64,000 bases of DNA from the NCBI RefSeq assembly GCF_011386835.1, contig NC_088791.1, positions 100,068,001-100,132,000 on the forward strand, given 5' to 3'. The notes under the pieces are model-generated. The model was not told where the DNA came from. It saw only the letters and a list, made by a program, of their open reading frames with translations, and searched no databases. Source of the stretch: Chrysemys picta bellii (lineage: Eukaryota). Position numbers and translations under genes: made by a program. This document shows positions 63,087-64,000 of this stretch, piece after piece; the stretch's first letter is position 1, and each line of letters starts with the position of its first letter.

Positions 63087-63144
63087 TAGTTAAAATGCCC
63101 CCAAAGAAATGGAATGCTTGTCCCAAATTGTTTACAGCCTAGAT

Positions 63145-63330
63145 CAGTGGTTCTCAAACTTATTTGACTATACCCGCCTTTTTTCTATCTGTAGTAGTTT
63201 ATGCCCCAACTCCTGCCACACAAATATATATATACCAATCAAAAAAAAAAATCAACATGCAACTCTCGCTAACTATTAAAAACAGTAAGGCATCGATTTA
63301 AATAGAGCCAATGATTCATTGTAATAACAG
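63145..63330. mobile_element. hAT MITE left fragment
   Basis: CAGTGGTTCTCAAACT terminus; right end not found. Confidence 0.45.
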
Positions 63331-63386
63331 CAAAAGCAAAACTGAGATTGTGGTCAATGCTTACAATTAAATGTACACACTGCATC

Positions 63387-63578
63387 ATGGTTAAACACTG
63401 GAATAAATTGCCTAGGGAGGTTGTGGAATCTCCATCTCTGGAGATATTTAAGAGTAGGTTAGATAAATGTCTATCAGGGATGGTCTAGACAGTATTTGGT
63501 CCTGCCATGTGGGCAGGGGACTGGACTCGATGACCTCTCGAGGCCCCTTCCAGTCCTAGAATCTATGAATCTATGAAT
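63387..63578 (+). mobile_element. Short, little-diverged CR1 3' end
   Basis: cactggaataaattgcctagggaggttgtggaatctcc...gatgacctctcgaggccccttccagtcc + (AATCTATG)2 tail. Confidence 0.9.
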
Positions 63579-64000
63579 AGCAAATGGATTAACGTACAGA
63601 TGGCAACAACTTTGTATAATGCTATGCAAGCTTAACAGATATCCATCAAAATGCACAGTGCCATCTACAGTCAAATGCACAGTGCCATATGAGGACCTAA
63701 TATGTCTGAAGGAATCAGTTTTGCTAGTTATTCATTGCTGTGGGTAAAATGTGTGCAGTAATTTTTTTTCCCCTGGGAGCCAGTGCAGAGAAAATACTTT
63801 GTAATTGGTGTTAATACCATCTATACTGTTCCACCACTGATGGGCAGCCTCCTGTAGAATAGAAAAATAGCTGTTCTATCTTGTCCCCATAAAAAACAAT
63901 TAAGTGGACAAAAATATAAGCTCTGATGCAGCAAACACACGTACAAAAATATTAAGCATACAAGCAGTCCCGTTCATTTCAATGAGACTACTAATGAGAA

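Overview
Eukaryotic (vertebrate) genomic DNA, most likely a turtle, judged from the repeat families (turtle-type CR1, Penelope, hAT/Harbinger MITEs, CORE-SINEs). Two genes lie tail-to-tail, as APPL2 and WASHC4 do in human. The last 7 coding exons of APPL2 are on + (88-6088). Coding exons 2-33 of WASHC4 (KIAA1033/SWIP, WASH complex subunit 4) are on - (11405-62211), and exon 1 lies beyond the window. All exons were read from the sequence with GT-AG boundaries and consistent phases. The 32 WASHC4 exons sum to 3461 nt, which with a 61-nt human-like exon 1 gives 1173 aa + stop, so the gene looks intact. Gene identities and exon numbers rest on my recall of the human proteins, not on a search. The introns are rich in transposons. 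Most notable: (1) A ~4.3-kb DIRS-type (tyrosine-recombinase) retroelement relic (17236-21514, -) has inverted terminal repeats and an internal complementary region. It sits inside the polypyrimidine tract of WASHC4 exon 29, 6 nt from the exon, so its own end now forms the host splice acceptor. It carries a nested solo LTR that in turn carries a CR1. (2) Five Penelope insertions are flanked by 11-13-bp direct repeats, and their inverted termini carry hammerhead-ribozyme-like motifs with covarying stems. One retains an open GIY-YIG endonuclease ORF. (3) A near-identical 256-bp tandem duplication. Most ORF-track entries are spurious ORFs in GC-rich repeats.
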